Positions 1-10,946 of a stretch of DNA of 64,000 nt are shown here, piece after piece. This DNA is from an uncultured Geobacter sp. Lineage in GTDB: Bacteria > Desulfobacterota > Desulfuromonadia > Geobacterales > Pseudopelobacteraceae. The translations under genes and the position numbers were made by a program. The number at the start of each line of letters is the position of its first letter. Position 1 is the stretch's first letter. A model generated the notes under the pieces. It was not told the DNA's origin. It did not search any database and saw nothing but the letters and a program-made list of their open reading frames with translations. The stretch spans positions 18,544 to 82,543 of the forward strand of contig CAZZMP010000004.1 of the NCBI GenBank assembly GCA_964655435.1. The letters are read 5' to 3'.

Positions 1-725
1 GTCTGGAACAGGAGACGATATGAAGAAAAGAGGTGGGCAGACCAGAGTATCTGACTTAGAGGATCGGCTGTGATGATCTCTTTTGCTGTTACATGGTGAA
101 ACATTACAGCATCAACAATAAAAGAAGAGGAGAGCCCCCACTTTTCAATCAGCCAGGCACTTACAACAGAATGATTTGTTCCCAGCAGATGTTCTTCACG
201 GCTATACAGGATCTGCTCATTCTGACAGGACTCAAGTATACCTGAATAGCGGTTTTCAATACCACCCAGAAGCAGCAATTCTCCAATATCATGCATAAGA
301 CCGGCAAGATATGCCTCTTCAGGGTCAGGATAATGAATATCTTCAGCGATATAACGACAAAGCTCTGCAACCAGAAGAGAATGTTGCCAGAACCCCTCAT
401 ATTCGTAACGTTTTTCCTGAGCGGTGGGATTAAATACATTCTGTACAACAAGGCAGGCAGCCAGTGTCCGGGAAAGCCTTAGCCCCAGATTGACAAGACA
501 TTTTACAAGGTTATGTGTAGGCTTGCCTTTCAGGAATGCAACTGAATTTGATACCGTAAGGATTCTTGCTGCCAGCGAGGGATCCTGCTTCAACAGAGCT
601 GCAAGCTCCGGTATTGTTGCAGTATCATTTTCTGAAAGGTGTATAAATTTAAGCAATATCTGAGGGGCTGGAGGTAGGTGTAAAACCTCAATAGAATCGA
701 GCAATTCATTTGGTATTCTAATCAT
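1..725 (-). CDS. HDOD domain signalling protein, partial (C-terminus lies beyond window start)
   Basis: Absent from the ORF track because no stop lies inside the window. My minus-strand translation from ATG 725-723 is open to nt 1: MIRIPNELLDSIEVLHLPPAPQILLKFIHLSENDTATIPELAALLKQDPSLAARIL...YLAGLMHDIGELLLLG...LGTNHSVVSAWLIEKWGL. This is the typical HDOD pattern. Confidence 0.8.
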   Translation of the reverse strand, partial: MIRIPNELLDSIEVLHLPPAPQILLKFIHLSENDTATIPELAALLKQDPSLAARILTVSNSVAFLKGKPTHNLVKCLVNLGLRLSRTLAACLVVQNVFNPTAQEKRYEYEGFWQHSLLVAELCRYIAEDIHYPDPEEAYLAGLMHDIGELLLLGGIENRYSGILESCQNEQILYSREEHLLGTNHSVVSAWLIEKWGLSSSFIVDAVMFHHVTAKEIITADPLSQILWSAHLFSSYRLLFQ

Positions 726-970
726 AGTCAACCACCAGCTCAAATATATGGATTTATATCTATATGGATTTATATGAATTTTAATATGAAAATTTAATAA
801 TGAATTATAACTAACTTAATTAAAATATCAACATACAATTAAGTTACAATTCGATTAAAATGGGGAAAAAGCACCTGCAAGGCGTCAAATTGCGGCTAAT
901 CAGAAATAATGTTGAGAAATCTGATCTGAATACGTGGTTAAAAGAAAGGTGTCTACCGGCAGTTTTATTC

Positions 971-2701
971 CTATTTAATGGAAAAAGTTCTTTGAAACTC
1001 TTCCGGGGGTACCGGCCTGCTGAACAGATAACCCTGAAGCTCCTGACAACCCCGTTCTACAAGATATTCTGCCTGTTCTTCCATCTCTACACCTTCGGCA
1101 ACCACACTTATTCCCATTGATTGCGCAAGAGTCAGGACAGAATCAGTGATTGCTGCGGCATGCCTGTCCGCCGGCAGATGCCTTACAAAAGAACGATCTA
1201 TTTTCAATTCATTAATAGGCATTTTCAAGAGGTAGGAGAGAGTTGAATATCCGGTTCCAAAATCATCAATTGAAAGTCTCACCCCCTGTTCAGCTATCTG
1301 TTTGAGAATCACGTCAATCGTTTCAATATCCTGTAAAAATATACTTTCTGTAAGTTCAAGACAGAGGCAGGAAGGTTCAATGCCTGTTAATCCGAGTATA
1401 TCAGATACTGTCTGAGGCAGATCTCCTGACATGAACTGTGCTGCGGAAAGGTTTACTGAAAGCACAAGTGGAGCCATTCCATGCTTACGCCATTCCGCAT
1501 ACTGGCGACAGGCAGTTAACAGAACCCAGTTACCTACATCAACTATCAGACCGCTTTCCTCAAGTACAGGGACAAAAAGATCCGGCCCTATTGTCATTAC
1601 CTCATTTTTACGGTTCCAGCGAAGTAGAGCCTCCATTCCGGAAATCTCTCTGGAGATGGCGTTAACCTTCGCCTGATAGAACAGCTTAAATTCGTTTCTC
1701 TTCATTGCATGTTGTAGCTGGGTTTCAAGCATGACGCTCTGGCTGGCTTCTGTACCTAATTCGGATTGATACAGGCAGTAGCGATTTTTCCCCAATCTCT
1801 TCGCTTTTCCCAGGGCAATGTTGGCATTCTGCAAAAGACGTTCAAGGGATTCTCCATCCTGCGGATAATCTGAAACCCCGATTCCTGCAGTAAGTTTAAA
1901 ACTCTCTCCGGCAAGCTCGACAGGTTCGGAAAGTATCGCATAGAACTGTTTTATAAGTGTATGCAGTTCCTTATCGGCAACAGACAGAAAAGCAAACTGA
2001 TCACCACCCAGCCTGCTTATCATAAGATGTTCATCCATTATTTTCTTGAATCGGGATGCAACCTCTGACAGAAGCATATCGCCATACTCAAGCCCAAGCG
2101 ACTTGTTTATCAGCTTCAGGTTATCCAGATCAAGCAGCAGCAGATGCATGACTCCTGAAAAATCGGATCTTATGACTGTCCTGTAAAAAAAGTCCTGCAG
2201 TTGCTGGCGCTGTGGCAGACCGGTCAACTGGTCATGTTCTTTTAGTCTGGCAAGCTGTTCTGCAAGATCAATACTATGGAGTGCCATATCAAACTGACGG
2301 TTCTTGTCCTCTCTCATCTGCTCTGCCCTTTTCAGGCACTGATCAATCATCAGATCAAGCTGAACGAAATCATGTATAGGTTTTGTTATGTAGTCCCAGG
2401 CACCCTCCCTCATCGCCTCAATGGCATAATTTACAGAACCGTTTCCGGATACAACCAGAACCGGTATTTCATCTGTCCGCTCTTTTATAGCTCTCAAAAC
2501 AGCCAGACCATCCATACCGGGCATCATCAGATCTGTAAGCACCAGATCCGGTTTTTTCCGGTCAAACAGTTCAATAGCTTTAAAACCGTTCTCTGCCTGT
2601 ATTACAAGATAACCGTTGTCCTCAAGATAAACTGAAATACTCCTTCTTATCAGCAGTTCATCATCAACAAGAAGTATGGTTTTCGGCTTTGCTAAACTCA
2701 T
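971..2701 (-). CDS. Response regulator with REC + GGDEF-like + EAL domains (c-di-GMP turnover)
   Basis: 576-aa ORF. Receiver motifs ILLVDDE and DLVLTDLMMPGMDG. Degenerate GGDEF signature RLGGDQF. EAL signatures MEALLRW and DDFGTGYS. Confidence 0.9.
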   Translation of the reverse strand: MSLAKPKTILLVDDELLIRRSISVYLEDNGYLVIQAENGFKAIELFDRKKPDLVLTDLMMPGMDGLAVLRAIKERTDEIPVLVVSGNGSVNYAIEAMREGAWDYITKPIHDFVQLDLMIDQCLKRAEQMREDKNRQFDMALHSIDLAEQLARLKEHDQLTGLPQRQQLQDFFYRTVIRSDFSGVMHLLLLDLDNLKLINKSLGLEYGDMLLSEVASRFKKIMDEHLMISRLGGDQFAFLSVADKELHTLIKQFYAILSEPVELAGESFKLTAGIGVSDYPQDGESLERLLQNANIALGKAKRLGKNRYCLYQSELGTEASQSVMLETQLQHAMKRNEFKLFYQAKVNAISREISGMEALLRWNRKNEVMTIGPDLFVPVLEESGLIVDVGNWVLLTACRQYAEWRKHGMAPLVLSVNLSAAQFMSGDLPQTVSDILGLTGIEPSCLCLELTESIFLQDIETIDVILKQIAEQGVRLSIDDFGTGYSTLSYLLKMPINELKIDRSFVRHLPADRHAAAITDSVLTLAQSMGISVVAEGVEMEEQAEYLVERGCQELQGYLFSRPVPPEEFQRTFSIK

Positions 2702-5514
2702 ATTTTCAATTCCTCCTCAACCGGCAGCCAGATGGTAAAGCAGGCTCCACCTTCAGACGGAGAAGAAAACTCTATCCGCCCTTTATGATGTTCTACAACT
2801 ATCGCATAGCTTATTGCCAATCCAAGCCCTGTCCCCATACCTATATCCTTGGTAGTAAAAAACGGTTCAAATATCCTTGTATGCAGCTCTTTCGCTATCC
2901 CCGGCCCATTATCCTGAATCACAATGGTAGCCCAGCCATTCTGCTGCCTTGAAACAATCCTGATTCTCCGTTCTTTCTGCTGTCCATAAAGCGCTTGCGC
3001 CGCATTCTTTATAAGGTTTATCAGCACCTGTTCAATCTCGGTTATAATCAGGTAAACAGGCTTCATATCCGGATCTGCCTCTATTGAAACCTCTATCCCC
3101 TTGAAGTCATAATTCTTTCTCAAATCATAGTCATTAGCAGCCAGCTCCAGTGCTTGATTAACAAGATCTATTATTGCAGCAGGTCGAAGCGTCTGCCCCT
3201 CCTGACGGCTAAACTGAAGCATGTTGGAAACAATAGAGCAGATACGGCGCACCCCCTGATCTATATGATCCATAAAATCAGGAATCTCTCTGTTATCCAG
3301 ATAATCAGCCAATAAATCCATATCAATTCCCAACCTTGAAGCCACTGTGCGGTTGGCAGGCAACTCAGGAGAAAGACGTCTTTTAAGGTTCTGCAACTCC
3401 TGAGATATAATCCCTGCGGGGTTGTTAATCTCGTGAGCCATTCCGGCCGCCATGCCGCCAATCATAAGCATCTTCTCGTTCTGCAACATAAGAGACTGCT
3501 CACGTTCTCTGGCTGTACGCAATGCCAGTTCAGCCTCTCTTAACTCTGTTATATCCTGAATCACGGTAAGGTTGCACGGCACCCCGGCAAGTCTGACAAT
3601 CCTGCAAGATAGAATGCCTGTTCTCTTAACCCCGTCATGCCTTATAATTGTTACTTCCCGCAAATCAACCCTGCCACGTCCGGCAAGTTCCTCTGCAATC
3701 CCGGCATGTTGATCCTCATCTATAAACATCCCGATTTCAGTCGGGCGTTTTCCAACAACATCCGTTTTAGCTACTTTGTTGAATTCACAGTAGAAACGGT
3801 TTACATCTATGTATTGCGTGGTATTTGGATCTTTCAGGGTCACAATAAAAGGCAGCTCGTCAAACAGCATCTTGAAACGGCGTTCACTCTCCATAAACTG
3901 ATGAAGCATCTTGTAACGCTCGGTAATATCTATATTAATACCGAAACAGGCTGTAACCTTTCCATCATCAAGAATAGGAGCAATTATCTTTCTGTATATT
4001 CTGGAGCCTTCACGCTCCTCAACGTCAACGGTATCCCCCTGCATCGTCTCCGCAAGGTTTAACTTCCATACCTCTTTAACTATCCCGGGTAACTTGCCAT
4101 CATCTATGGTAGCGCCAAGACTTTCACCATAATGTTCCTCATGCAGACGGTTCTGCATTAAAAGACGTCCTTCAGCATCACGTACCCAAAGGTCAAACGG
4201 AATGCTGTTAAAAAGAGTATTCAAGAACGCATTTCGAGAATTAAGCTCCTGTTCAAACTGATCCCTTTTGGTTGTGTCTCTTCCCTGTGCAATCAGATAA
4301 AGGATCTTGCCATTATTATCCAAAAGCGGAATAAGATTAAAATCGATATTCCGCAGCTCTCCCGCTCCATTCCTGTGTATGGTTTCCATAGCCACAGGTT
4401 TGCCCTGAATACATTCATCTATAAGAAGGAGGAGCTTCTCACGGCATTCCTCGCTATGCCCCCACCAGGGGGTATCCCAGAACTTCTTTCCTGCAACATC
4501 CTGCTCTGTTATCCCCGCAAACTCAAGAGAGGCTCTGTTTGCATGAAGCAGAGTCCCGTCGGGAGCCAATATCCCCTGCAGATGAAATATACTGTTAAAG
4601 ACCCCCTGATACAGGCGATACTGTGCATCTATCTCCGCTGTCTTGGTTTTTACGACCCGTTTCAGGTTCCATGAATTTAAAAAGGATAATATCAACAGAA
4701 AAAGCATCAACGTCAAAAGAGCCTTAAGCCATAAAGGGACAACAGTCGGCTTTGCAGAATGCAGCCGTTGCTGGATTGCTCTATAGTATAATGATCGTTT
4801 GTCTGCTTTCAGCTGACTGATGCTCTTGTCAAGTTCGTTAATCAGATCTTGGCTTGTATATGGAGAGATGGCGATATGAACATGTATCGGATTGAAGATT
4901 ATAGGCGTGGCCTCAATCTTGTACTTTGAAGCTCGCTTCATCGCAAAGAAACGGCCAACAACAGCAGCATCAGCCCTACCTTCTTCAACAGCCTTGAAAC
5001 TGGCATCAAAACTTGGGTACGACACAAATGCCGCTTTAACACCAAATATCTTTAACTGTTCCTGCAGTCGTAGAAAATGGATATCGTTTGGAACTCCGGC
5101 TATTTTAAGTCCCTGCAGTTCAAGAAAAGAATTAATCCTGCTGCCAGGGCGGGCATAAACCACACCCCAATTAGTAACAATATCGTTTTTTGAGAAAGAG
5201 TACCGTTTAGCCCGTTCAGGAGACCATGCGAGCGGCGCCATAAAATCTGCGCGATGGTCGTCAAGCATTAGCTGGCATTCCGCCTGGGGACATGAAATAT
5301 ACTGAACCTGCCAGTTGTTCTGAAGAGCAACCTCGTTCATCAGATCAACAAACAGACCATCCGGTTTGCCTTCTTCTGTAAAACCGGTCAAAGGCGGGTT
5401 CTGTTCAAGAGCCATCCTTACCTTTACAGCATCCGGCTGGGCTGATGCATAAGAACAGCCCCAGCCGGAAAACATAGATAAAAGAACGGATATGAGCAGA
5501 AAATTACGAAACAT
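2698..5514 (-). CDS. Sensor histidine kinase (periplasmic solute-binding-like domain, TM, PAS repeats, HisKA/HATPase_c)
   Basis: 938-aa ORF with signal peptide, PBP-type N-terminal domain and PAS-like repeats. H-box GMAHEINNP; G-boxes QDNGPGI and GTGLGL. Overlaps the downstream response regulator by 4 nt. Confidence 0.9.
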   Translation of the reverse strand: MFRNFLLISVLLSMFSGWGCSYASAQPDAVKVRMALEQNPPLTGFTEEGKPDGLFVDLMNEVALQNNWQVQYISCPQAECQLMLDDHRADFMAPLAWSPERAKRYSFSKNDIVTNWGVVYARPGSRINSFLELQGLKIAGVPNDIHFLRLQEQLKIFGVKAAFVSYPSFDASFKAVEEGRADAAVVGRFFAMKRASKYKIEATPIIFNPIHVHIAISPYTSQDLINELDKSISQLKADKRSLYYRAIQQRLHSAKPTVVPLWLKALLTLMLFLLILSFLNSWNLKRVVKTKTAEIDAQYRLYQGVFNSIFHLQGILAPDGTLLHANRASLEFAGITEQDVAGKKFWDTPWWGHSEECREKLLLLIDECIQGKPVAMETIHRNGAGELRNIDFNLIPLLDNNGKILYLIAQGRDTTKRDQFEQELNSRNAFLNTLFNSIPFDLWVRDAEGRLLMQNRLHEEHYGESLGATIDDGKLPGIVKEVWKLNLAETMQGDTVDVEEREGSRIYRKIIAPILDDGKVTACFGINIDITERYKMLHQFMESERRFKMLFDELPFIVTLKDPNTTQYIDVNRFYCEFNKVAKTDVVGKRPTEIGMFIDEDQHAGIAEELAGRGRVDLREVTIIRHDGVKRTGILSCRIVRLAGVPCNLTVIQDITELREAELALRTAREREQSLMLQNEKMLMIGGMAAGMAHEINNPAGIISQELQNLKRRLSPELPANRTVASRLGIDMDLLADYLDNREIPDFMDHIDQGVRRICSIVSNMLQFSRQEGQTLRPAAIIDLVNQALELAANDYDLRKNYDFKGIEVSIEADPDMKPVYLIITEIEQVLINLIKNAAQALYGQQKERRIRIVSRQQNGWATIVIQDNGPGIAKELHTRIFEPFFTTKDIGMGTGLGLAISYAIVVEHHKGRIEFSSPSEGGACFTIWLPVEEELKI

Positions 5515-5515
5515 C

Positions 5516-7153
5516 CTAAACCCTGAACTGCCCTACAAGTCGTTGGAGCTCTTCTGCCTGCTGAGAGACATTTCTTGCAGCAGTGGCAGTCTCAGAAATG
5601 GCCTGGTTGTTCTGCTGTGCAAGATCATTAAGGTTCAAGACATTATGGCTTATCTCACGGGTTGTTGATGTCTGTTCTTCAGCCGCTGTTGCAATCTGAT
5701 TGATCTGATCAGTCACAAGAGTCACCTGATTAAGGATATTCTGTAATGCGGTCTCCAGCTGAGCAGCCTGTTCAGCCCCCTTTTCATTGCCTTTTAAGCC
5801 ATCTTCCATCGAATTGATTGCTGTCCTTGTCTCCTGCTGGATGCCTCGAATCATGGTTCCAATCTCTTTGGTTGCCCTTGTGGTTCGCTCGGCCAGCGCG
5901 CGCACCTCATCCGCCACAACAGCAAAGCCACGCCCCATCTCTCCCGCTCTGGCAGCCTCTATTGCAGCATTAAGTGCAAGAAGATTGGTCTGGTCTGCAA
6001 TATCCTCAATGGTTGATACTATATCCCCTATCTGGTTGGAACGTTCACCAAGTGAAGCAACAATAGCGGCGTTTTCACGTGTATGTTCTCCTCTGGCTTT
6101 TATTCCTTCCACTGTGCTACTGACAACATCAAAGCCGCTTTTTGTAGTATTTGCTGCCTGCTGCGCGTTATTAGCTGCCAGATGGCAGTTTCCTGCTATA
6201 TCATTACTGGTGGCCGCCATCTCTTCACCGGCAGTCGCAAGAGTGGTTGTCTGTGAAGAAAGATTGGATACAGAGTCTTTCATCTGAGTTGAGGTTGAAT
6301 CAAGTTGGGTAGCTGCAGAGGCAAGCTGCAGGGCATTTGAGCCCAACAGTCTGATTATCTCCTGAAGTTTTCCGACAAAGGTGTTAAACCATTCACTAAG
6401 CTCACCAACCTCGTTTTTACCCAGCACAGGCAATCTTTTGGTCAGATCCCCTTCACCCTGCGCTATGTCCTTGATAGTATTAACAATCTCTTTTATCGGT
6501 TTTGTGACAGAGCGGGCTACAAGCCAGGCAAGCAGAAAGGTCAATCCAAGTATAACAAGAAGCACAACAAATATACTTATCTGTATCTTTTGCATCGCAG
6601 CGTCAACATCATCAACATAGATACCGGTGCCTACAACCCAGCCCCAGGGCTTGTACAGCTCAACGTAAGACAGTTTTGGCACAGGCTTGCTGCTGCCGGC
6701 TTTAGGCCATGAATAGCGGACAAAGCCTTTTCCCTTCTCCTTACAGACCGTAGCCATCTCAACAAACAAAGCCTTTCCGTCTGGATCCTTGTTATCAGTC
6801 AGATCCTTGCCATCAAGTTCAGGCTTTATCGGATGCATTATCATTGTTGGAGAGAGGTCGTTTATCCAGAGGTAATTGCTGCCATTATCATAACGGATCG
6901 CCTTCAGGCGGTTAATAGCCTTCTGCTGAGCCTCTTCCTTGGTAAAAATTCCCTCATCAATCTGTTTCTGAAAAGATGGCAGCATGCTGGTAGTCTGCTG
7001 TACCAGCTCGCTAAGAGCCGTCTGTTTCTCCTTCATTATCAGGTTACGGATATACGGAACCAGCATGGTATAGGCCGCAACAACCAAAATCAGCCATGTA
7101 AGCAGAGAAAGCCCCATAATCTTTCCAAAAATTCCCCAATCTCTGAATCGCAT
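5516..7153 (-). CDS. Methyl-accepting chemotaxis protein (Cache-like sensor, HAMP, MCP signalling domain)
   Basis: 545-aa ORF. Two TM segments flank a Cache-like region (YLWINDL...[12 protein letters not shown]). Conserved MCP hairpin tip [38 protein letters not shown]. Confidence 0.9.
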   Translation of the reverse strand: MRFRDWGIFGKIMGLSLLTWLILVVAAYTMLVPYIRNLIMKEKQTALSELVQQTTSMLPSFQKQIDEGIFTKEEAQQKAINRLKAIRYDNGSNYLWINDLSPTMIMHPIKPELDGKDLTDNKDPDGKALFVEMATVCKEKGKGFVRYSWPKAGSSKPVPKLSYVELYKPWGWVVGTGIYVDDVDAAMQKIQISIFVVLLVILGLTFLLAWLVARSVTKPIKEIVNTIKDIAQGEGDLTKRLPVLGKNEVGELSEWFNTFVGKLQEIIRLLGSNALQLASAATQLDSTSTQMKDSVSNLSSQTTTLATAGEEMAATSNDIAGNCHLAANNAQQAANTTKSGFDVVSSTVEGIKARGEHTRENAAIVASLGERSNQIGDIVSTIEDIADQTNLLALNAAIEAARAGEMGRGFAVVADEVRALAERTTRATKEIGTMIRGIQQETRTAINSMEDGLKGNEKGAEQAAQLETALQNILNQVTLVTDQINQIATAAEEQTSTTREISHNVLNLNDLAQQNNQAISETATAARNVSQQAEELQRLVGQFRV

Positions 7154-7403
7154 AATTCGCCTCCTTTTCTAACCTTTCCAATTGTAATAGGAAATACAGC
7201 AGTAATCATACCAAGCAGACAACCTTAACAATTACAAGCCGTTACAAAAACAGAGATTTCATACAGTGAAAAAAGGCACATGGCAAACAGAAAAAACTGT
7301 TTTTACAGATGCCTAAAAAGAGAAAGAACCTTATAAATAAAGAGAAAAATTGTATTTCAACAAACTGTGCATATTTTCACAGGTGTTCAGCTATGATTGA
7401 ATC

Positions 7404-8819
7404 TCATCCGTTCCTGAAACGATCTCTCACCTTTGAAATCCTCTTGTTGAGGGCAGTACGGCTTATTCCGAGCATTTCAGCTGCAACCCCCTGATTGCCA
7501 TTAGAGAGCTTTAATGCCTTGTCGATCAAAGAGGATTCAGCTTCCTTTAAAGTGGGGATCTTTCCCTCATCAAGAGAATACTCTGAAGAGTCAAGAACCC
7601 CCGTGTTACCAGAATCTCCTTTAGAGCAAACAACCATTTTAAAAGGCTCCATTGAAAGAACCTGGCCATCGCTCCTTGCAACTGCATCCATTACAAGAGC
7701 CTTTAACTCTCTGATATTACCAGGGAAGGTATATGAAGCAAGCAACCTGAACAACTCCGGTGAACTTTTAGGAACCGGTTTACCCATTATTTCTGAAGCC
7801 TCACGTAGAAAACAGTCGACAAGAAGCGGAATATCCTCTGACCGTTCAGAAAGAGCAGGTATCTGAACACGATGACTGAAAAGTCTATAGTAGAGATCCT
7901 CTCTGAATTTACCCTCATGTATCATTTTGCTCAAATCACGATGGGTCGCAAGAAGAAACCTTGCAGTTCCGGTTTTTGACTGGTCGGTTCCCAAAGGGTA
8001 GTATTCCCCTTCCTGCAAAAGGCGTAGCAGCTTTATCTGCGAAGACTCGGAGAGATCTCCTATCTCATCAAGAAACATAGTGCCGTCAGCAGCAGTGGCA
8101 ACAAGTCCTTTCCGCACAGAATCAGCCCCGGTAAAAGCGCCCCTGACATGACCGAACAGAGTATCGGAAAAGACATGTTCATCAACGCCGGCAAGGTTTA
8201 CAGGCACAAAATTTCCCTTGCGCCCGCTAAGCAAATGGATAGCCCTGGCAAGAAGCTCTTTACCGGTGCCGGTTCCACCCTGAAGCAAAATCGGCTGGGT
8301 TGTGGGTGCGACAACCTCAAGGTATCTGAAGATAGAAAACATTGCCTGAGATCTGGTGTTTATAGAAGCAAATGCATCAGGATTCGAAAGGCTGGAGCTT
8401 AAAAGCTTCTGCTTAAGTCCCTCAACTTCACGGCGCAACCCCCCTGCCTCCAACGCCTTCCTGACAAGGCTCTCTAACGCAGACATATCAAGAACAGGTT
8501 TTACAAGGTAATCCCAGGCGCCGCGCCTCAGCGCCTCTACCGCATCCTGGACTGAACCGGCTCCGGATATGACAATAACAGGCAATAAAGGAAATTTCCG
8601 TCTGAGCTCCTTTATAAGATCCAGACCTCCCATAACAGGCATCATAAGATCCGCAAAAACCATATCAACCGGTTCAGAATTTAACAGCTCAAGCGCTTTT
8701 CTACCGTTTTCGGCACATAAAATCCTGTAGCCACTATCCTCAAAGTAGGTTCTGATACTCCTGCGCAGCAATTCCTCATCATCAACAACCAGGATTGTGG
8801 CTTTATTGTATAGAGACAT
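7404..8819 (-). CDS. Sigma-54-dependent response regulator (NtrC/PilR class)
   Basis: 471-aa ORF. Receiver (ILVVDDEE, ADLMMPVMGG), AAA+ activator core (GGTGTGKE Walker A, GAFTGA loop) and C-terminal HTH (AAEMLGISRTALNKRI). Confidence 0.9.
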   Translation of the reverse strand: MSLYNKATILVVDDEELLRRSIRTYFEDSGYRILCAENGRKALELLNSEPVDMVFADLMMPVMGGLDLIKELRRKFPLLPVIVISGAGSVQDAVEALRRGAWDYLVKPVLDMSALESLVRKALEAGGLRREVEGLKQKLLSSSLSNPDAFASINTRSQAMFSIFRYLEVVAPTTQPILLQGGTGTGKELLARAIHLLSGRKGNFVPVNLAGVDEHVFSDTLFGHVRGAFTGADSVRKGLVATAADGTMFLDEIGDLSESSQIKLLRLLQEGEYYPLGTDQSKTGTARFLLATHRDLSKMIHEGKFREDLYYRLFSHRVQIPALSERSEDIPLLVDCFLREASEIMGKPVPKSSPELFRLLASYTFPGNIRELKALVMDAVARSDGQVLSMEPFKMVVCSKGDSGNTGVLDSSEYSLDEGKIPTLKEAESSLIDKALKLSNGNQGVAAEMLGISRTALNKRISKVRDRFRNG

Positions 8820-9089
8820 AAAAGCTCCGGTAAAGGATGGTAATTTGGCAATGATTATACCATATAGAAGGGAAATCCAGCGAATAACTTTACATAGCTT
8901 GAAATAGCAATCTGCTTCCTTAGAACTCTGTTTAACAGATCATCTGAATTACCGGTTAGAGTGGCTAGAGATCTATTTTTTAGGAGAAATAGCAAAGTCA
9001 AAAAAGTGGATTCAGGAAAAACAACATTCTTTACAGAACTATTAACTGTGTGATTAAATATATTATCAATAGTATGAAGGAGGGACAAA

Positions 9090-9344
9090 ATGCCCAATAT
9101 ATCTGCAAACGACCTGAAAACAAAAGGTATCTCCGCCATTGAAGCAATGCTTGCCAACCAACCTGAAGCAGTCATTTCAGTGCGCGGCAAGGAGCGTTTT
9201 GTGGTGATGGAGATAGAACAGTACCATTATCTGCGTGAATGTGAACTTGAATCCGCACTTGCCCAGACCCTCACTGATATTGCAGAGGGTCGTTTTGTCA
9301 AGGAAAGCGCAGAGCATCACGTTAACCGGCTGAAGGCAGCGTAA
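9090..9344 (+). CDS. Type II antitoxin, Phd/YefM-like
   Basis: 84-aa ORF. Its stop overlaps the start of the next ORF (TAATG junction). Size, position and the GKERFVVMEIEQY core fit a Phd/YefM-type antitoxin. Confidence 0.7.
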   Translation: MPNISANDLKTKGISAIEAMLANQPEAVISVRGKERFVVMEIEQYHYLRECELESALAQTLTDIAEGRFVKESAEHHVNRLKAA

Positions 9345-9619
9345 TGAGCTGGACTCTTGTTTTTACCGAACAGTATGAAAAACGTGCACGTCGCTTTCTT
9401 AAGCGTCACCCTGAACTTGAAAAACAGTATCTGAAAACATTGCAGCTAATGGAGGCAAACCCGCTACACCCCTCACTGCGGCTGCATCCGCTGACCGGAC
9501 GCCTTTCCAATCTTCATTCGGTTTCAATCAACCTTTGCTATCGCATCACCATTGAGTTTCTGATTCAAGACCAGGAGATCATCCTGATAAACGTGGGTGA
9601 CCACGATTCAGTGTATTGA
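9344..9619 (+). CDS. Type II toxin, RelE/ParE superfamily
   Basis: 91-aa ORF. Its C-terminal pattern LTGRLSNLHSVSINLCYRITIEFLIQDQEIILINVGDHDSVY matches the RelE/ParE fold signature (L.G...yR..y.i.....i.i..vg.H...Y). Confidence 0.75.
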   Translation: MSWTLVFTEQYEKRARRFLKRHPELEKQYLKTLQLMEANPLHPSLRLHPLTGRLSNLHSVSINLCYRITIEFLIQDQEIILINVGDHDSVY

Positions 9620-9886
9620 AGGTTTTTGAATGTTTGTATATCAACAGGTAGATCTGACGGTTAGTTGATAAATTGAATGTCCCCTGATGTTACCCCAGTT
9701 GTTGTTCAGGAGGCTGTGGAAGGTAGGGGTGCAGGAAGGAATTAAAATAACAGCTTGTTACGCTTTTGTTTGATGGTAAAGTCTAATTTGGTATTGATGA
9801 ACCTTCAGATTGAATGTGAGAACTAAGAACTAACGATAGTATTGAAATGCACCGGATTAACGGTTGAAGAGTTGAAGGACGAGAAT

Positions 9887-10582
9887 ATGTTCAGCACACG
9901 CAACATACGGATTGCTTCCGATGCAGAACGGATATTTTATCAGCATACCTTATATCCGCTGCAGGATCATGTCTGCCGTCTGGCAGGCAAGGCGGGTGGA
10001 CTGTATCTGTCTGGGGGGACAGGACTTTCAAGAGCATACTTCAACCATCGTTATTCCGATGACCTTGATTTTTTTTACAATGGCCATCTACATCCCAAGG
10101 AAAATTTCCATGTTGAGGTACAGGAGCTTATTGAACGGATTGCAGCCAACTTTACAGTAGAACCGCTTGTTACAGGCGACTTCTTCAATCGTATAATCGT
10201 TAAAGACCAGAAGACCACACTCAAAGTTGAGTTTATCTATGATCCTCATCCTCATATTGGCGAATGTGTTGAATGGAATGGCTGTCTGGTGGACTCGCTT
10301 GAAAACATTGGCGCAAACAAGATAACCACAGTACAGGATAGAAAGACGTCCAAGGATTTCGTTGATCTCTATTTTCTGCTACAAAAACTCCGTCTTGAGC
10401 AGCTGGTGAATGATGCCCAAAAGAAGATTGTGCCTCTTGATTATGAAAATACGCTGTTGGCCTTTTCCGATCATTATCTTGAAGGGACAGCCATTATGAT
10501 TATGCCATTGGAGCCAGAAGAGATGAACCGTTTTGGTTCGGAACTTGTCAGGAAGCTCATAGCTCATGCACGAACGGTTTAA
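9887..10582 (+). CDS. Nucleotidyltransferase, AbiEii/AbiGii toxin family (DUF1814-like)
   Basis: ORF 9842-10582, with a more likely ATG at 9887. Motif LSGGTGLSRAYFNHRYSDDLDFF is typical of AbiEii-type nucleotidyltransferases. No AbiEi-type gene lies upstream. Confidence 0.7.
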   Translation: MFSTRNIRIASDAERIFYQHTLYPLQDHVCRLAGKAGGLYLSGGTGLSRAYFNHRYSDDLDFFYNGHLHPKENFHVEVQELIERIAANFTVEPLVTGDFFNRIIVKDQKTTLKVEFIYDPHPHIGECVEWNGCLVDSLENIGANKITTVQDRKTSKDFVDLYFLLQKLRLEQLVNDAQKKIVPLDYENTLLAFSDHYLEGTAIMIMPLEPEEMNRFGSELVRKLIAHARTV

Positions 10583-10838
10583 AAAATATTTTTGGGATGG
10601 TGGTAGCGAGTGCTGCTCAGGCACATTCAAACTACATCGCATCATTGAGTATGCCTCGTTCCCTGATCTGATTCAGTATCCATTTTCAGAGGTAAAGCAA
10701 AACCTGGCGCAGATAGACCTGAAAAAACTCAGGACTTCGCAAAGCCGGATTGATTTTATGCACTTTGTACTTGGAAAAATAACTGTTGTTTCTACTTGGG
10801 ATGAGTTGTTTTTCAGTAATGTGGAAAACCAGCATTAA
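10566..10838 (+). CDS. Hypothetical small protein, possible partner of the AbiEii-like gene
   Basis: 90-aa ORF overlapping the preceding gene by 17 nt, which suggests translational coupling. I recognise no motif. Confidence 0.4.
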   Translation: MHERFKKYFWDGGSECCSGTFKLHRIIEYASFPDLIQYPFSEVKQNLAQIDLKKLRTSQSRIDFMHFVLGKITVVSTWDELFFSNVENQH

Positions 10839-10946
10839 GGGGGACATCCTCCAATCTTAGAAGCCTGACACCAGAGGCTTTTCCTAAAGTTCTCCCCTTC
10901 ATATTTCCCTTGGTATTTCCATGATATTTCATCAGACACCGTTTGT

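Noticed and set aside
8855-9190. 111-aa minus-strand ORF between the sigma-54 regulator and the first antitoxin
   Set aside because: It overlaps the start of the Phd-like antitoxin, which has a plausible SD. It has no motif, and its AT-rich, promoter-like sequence suggests an intergenic region.
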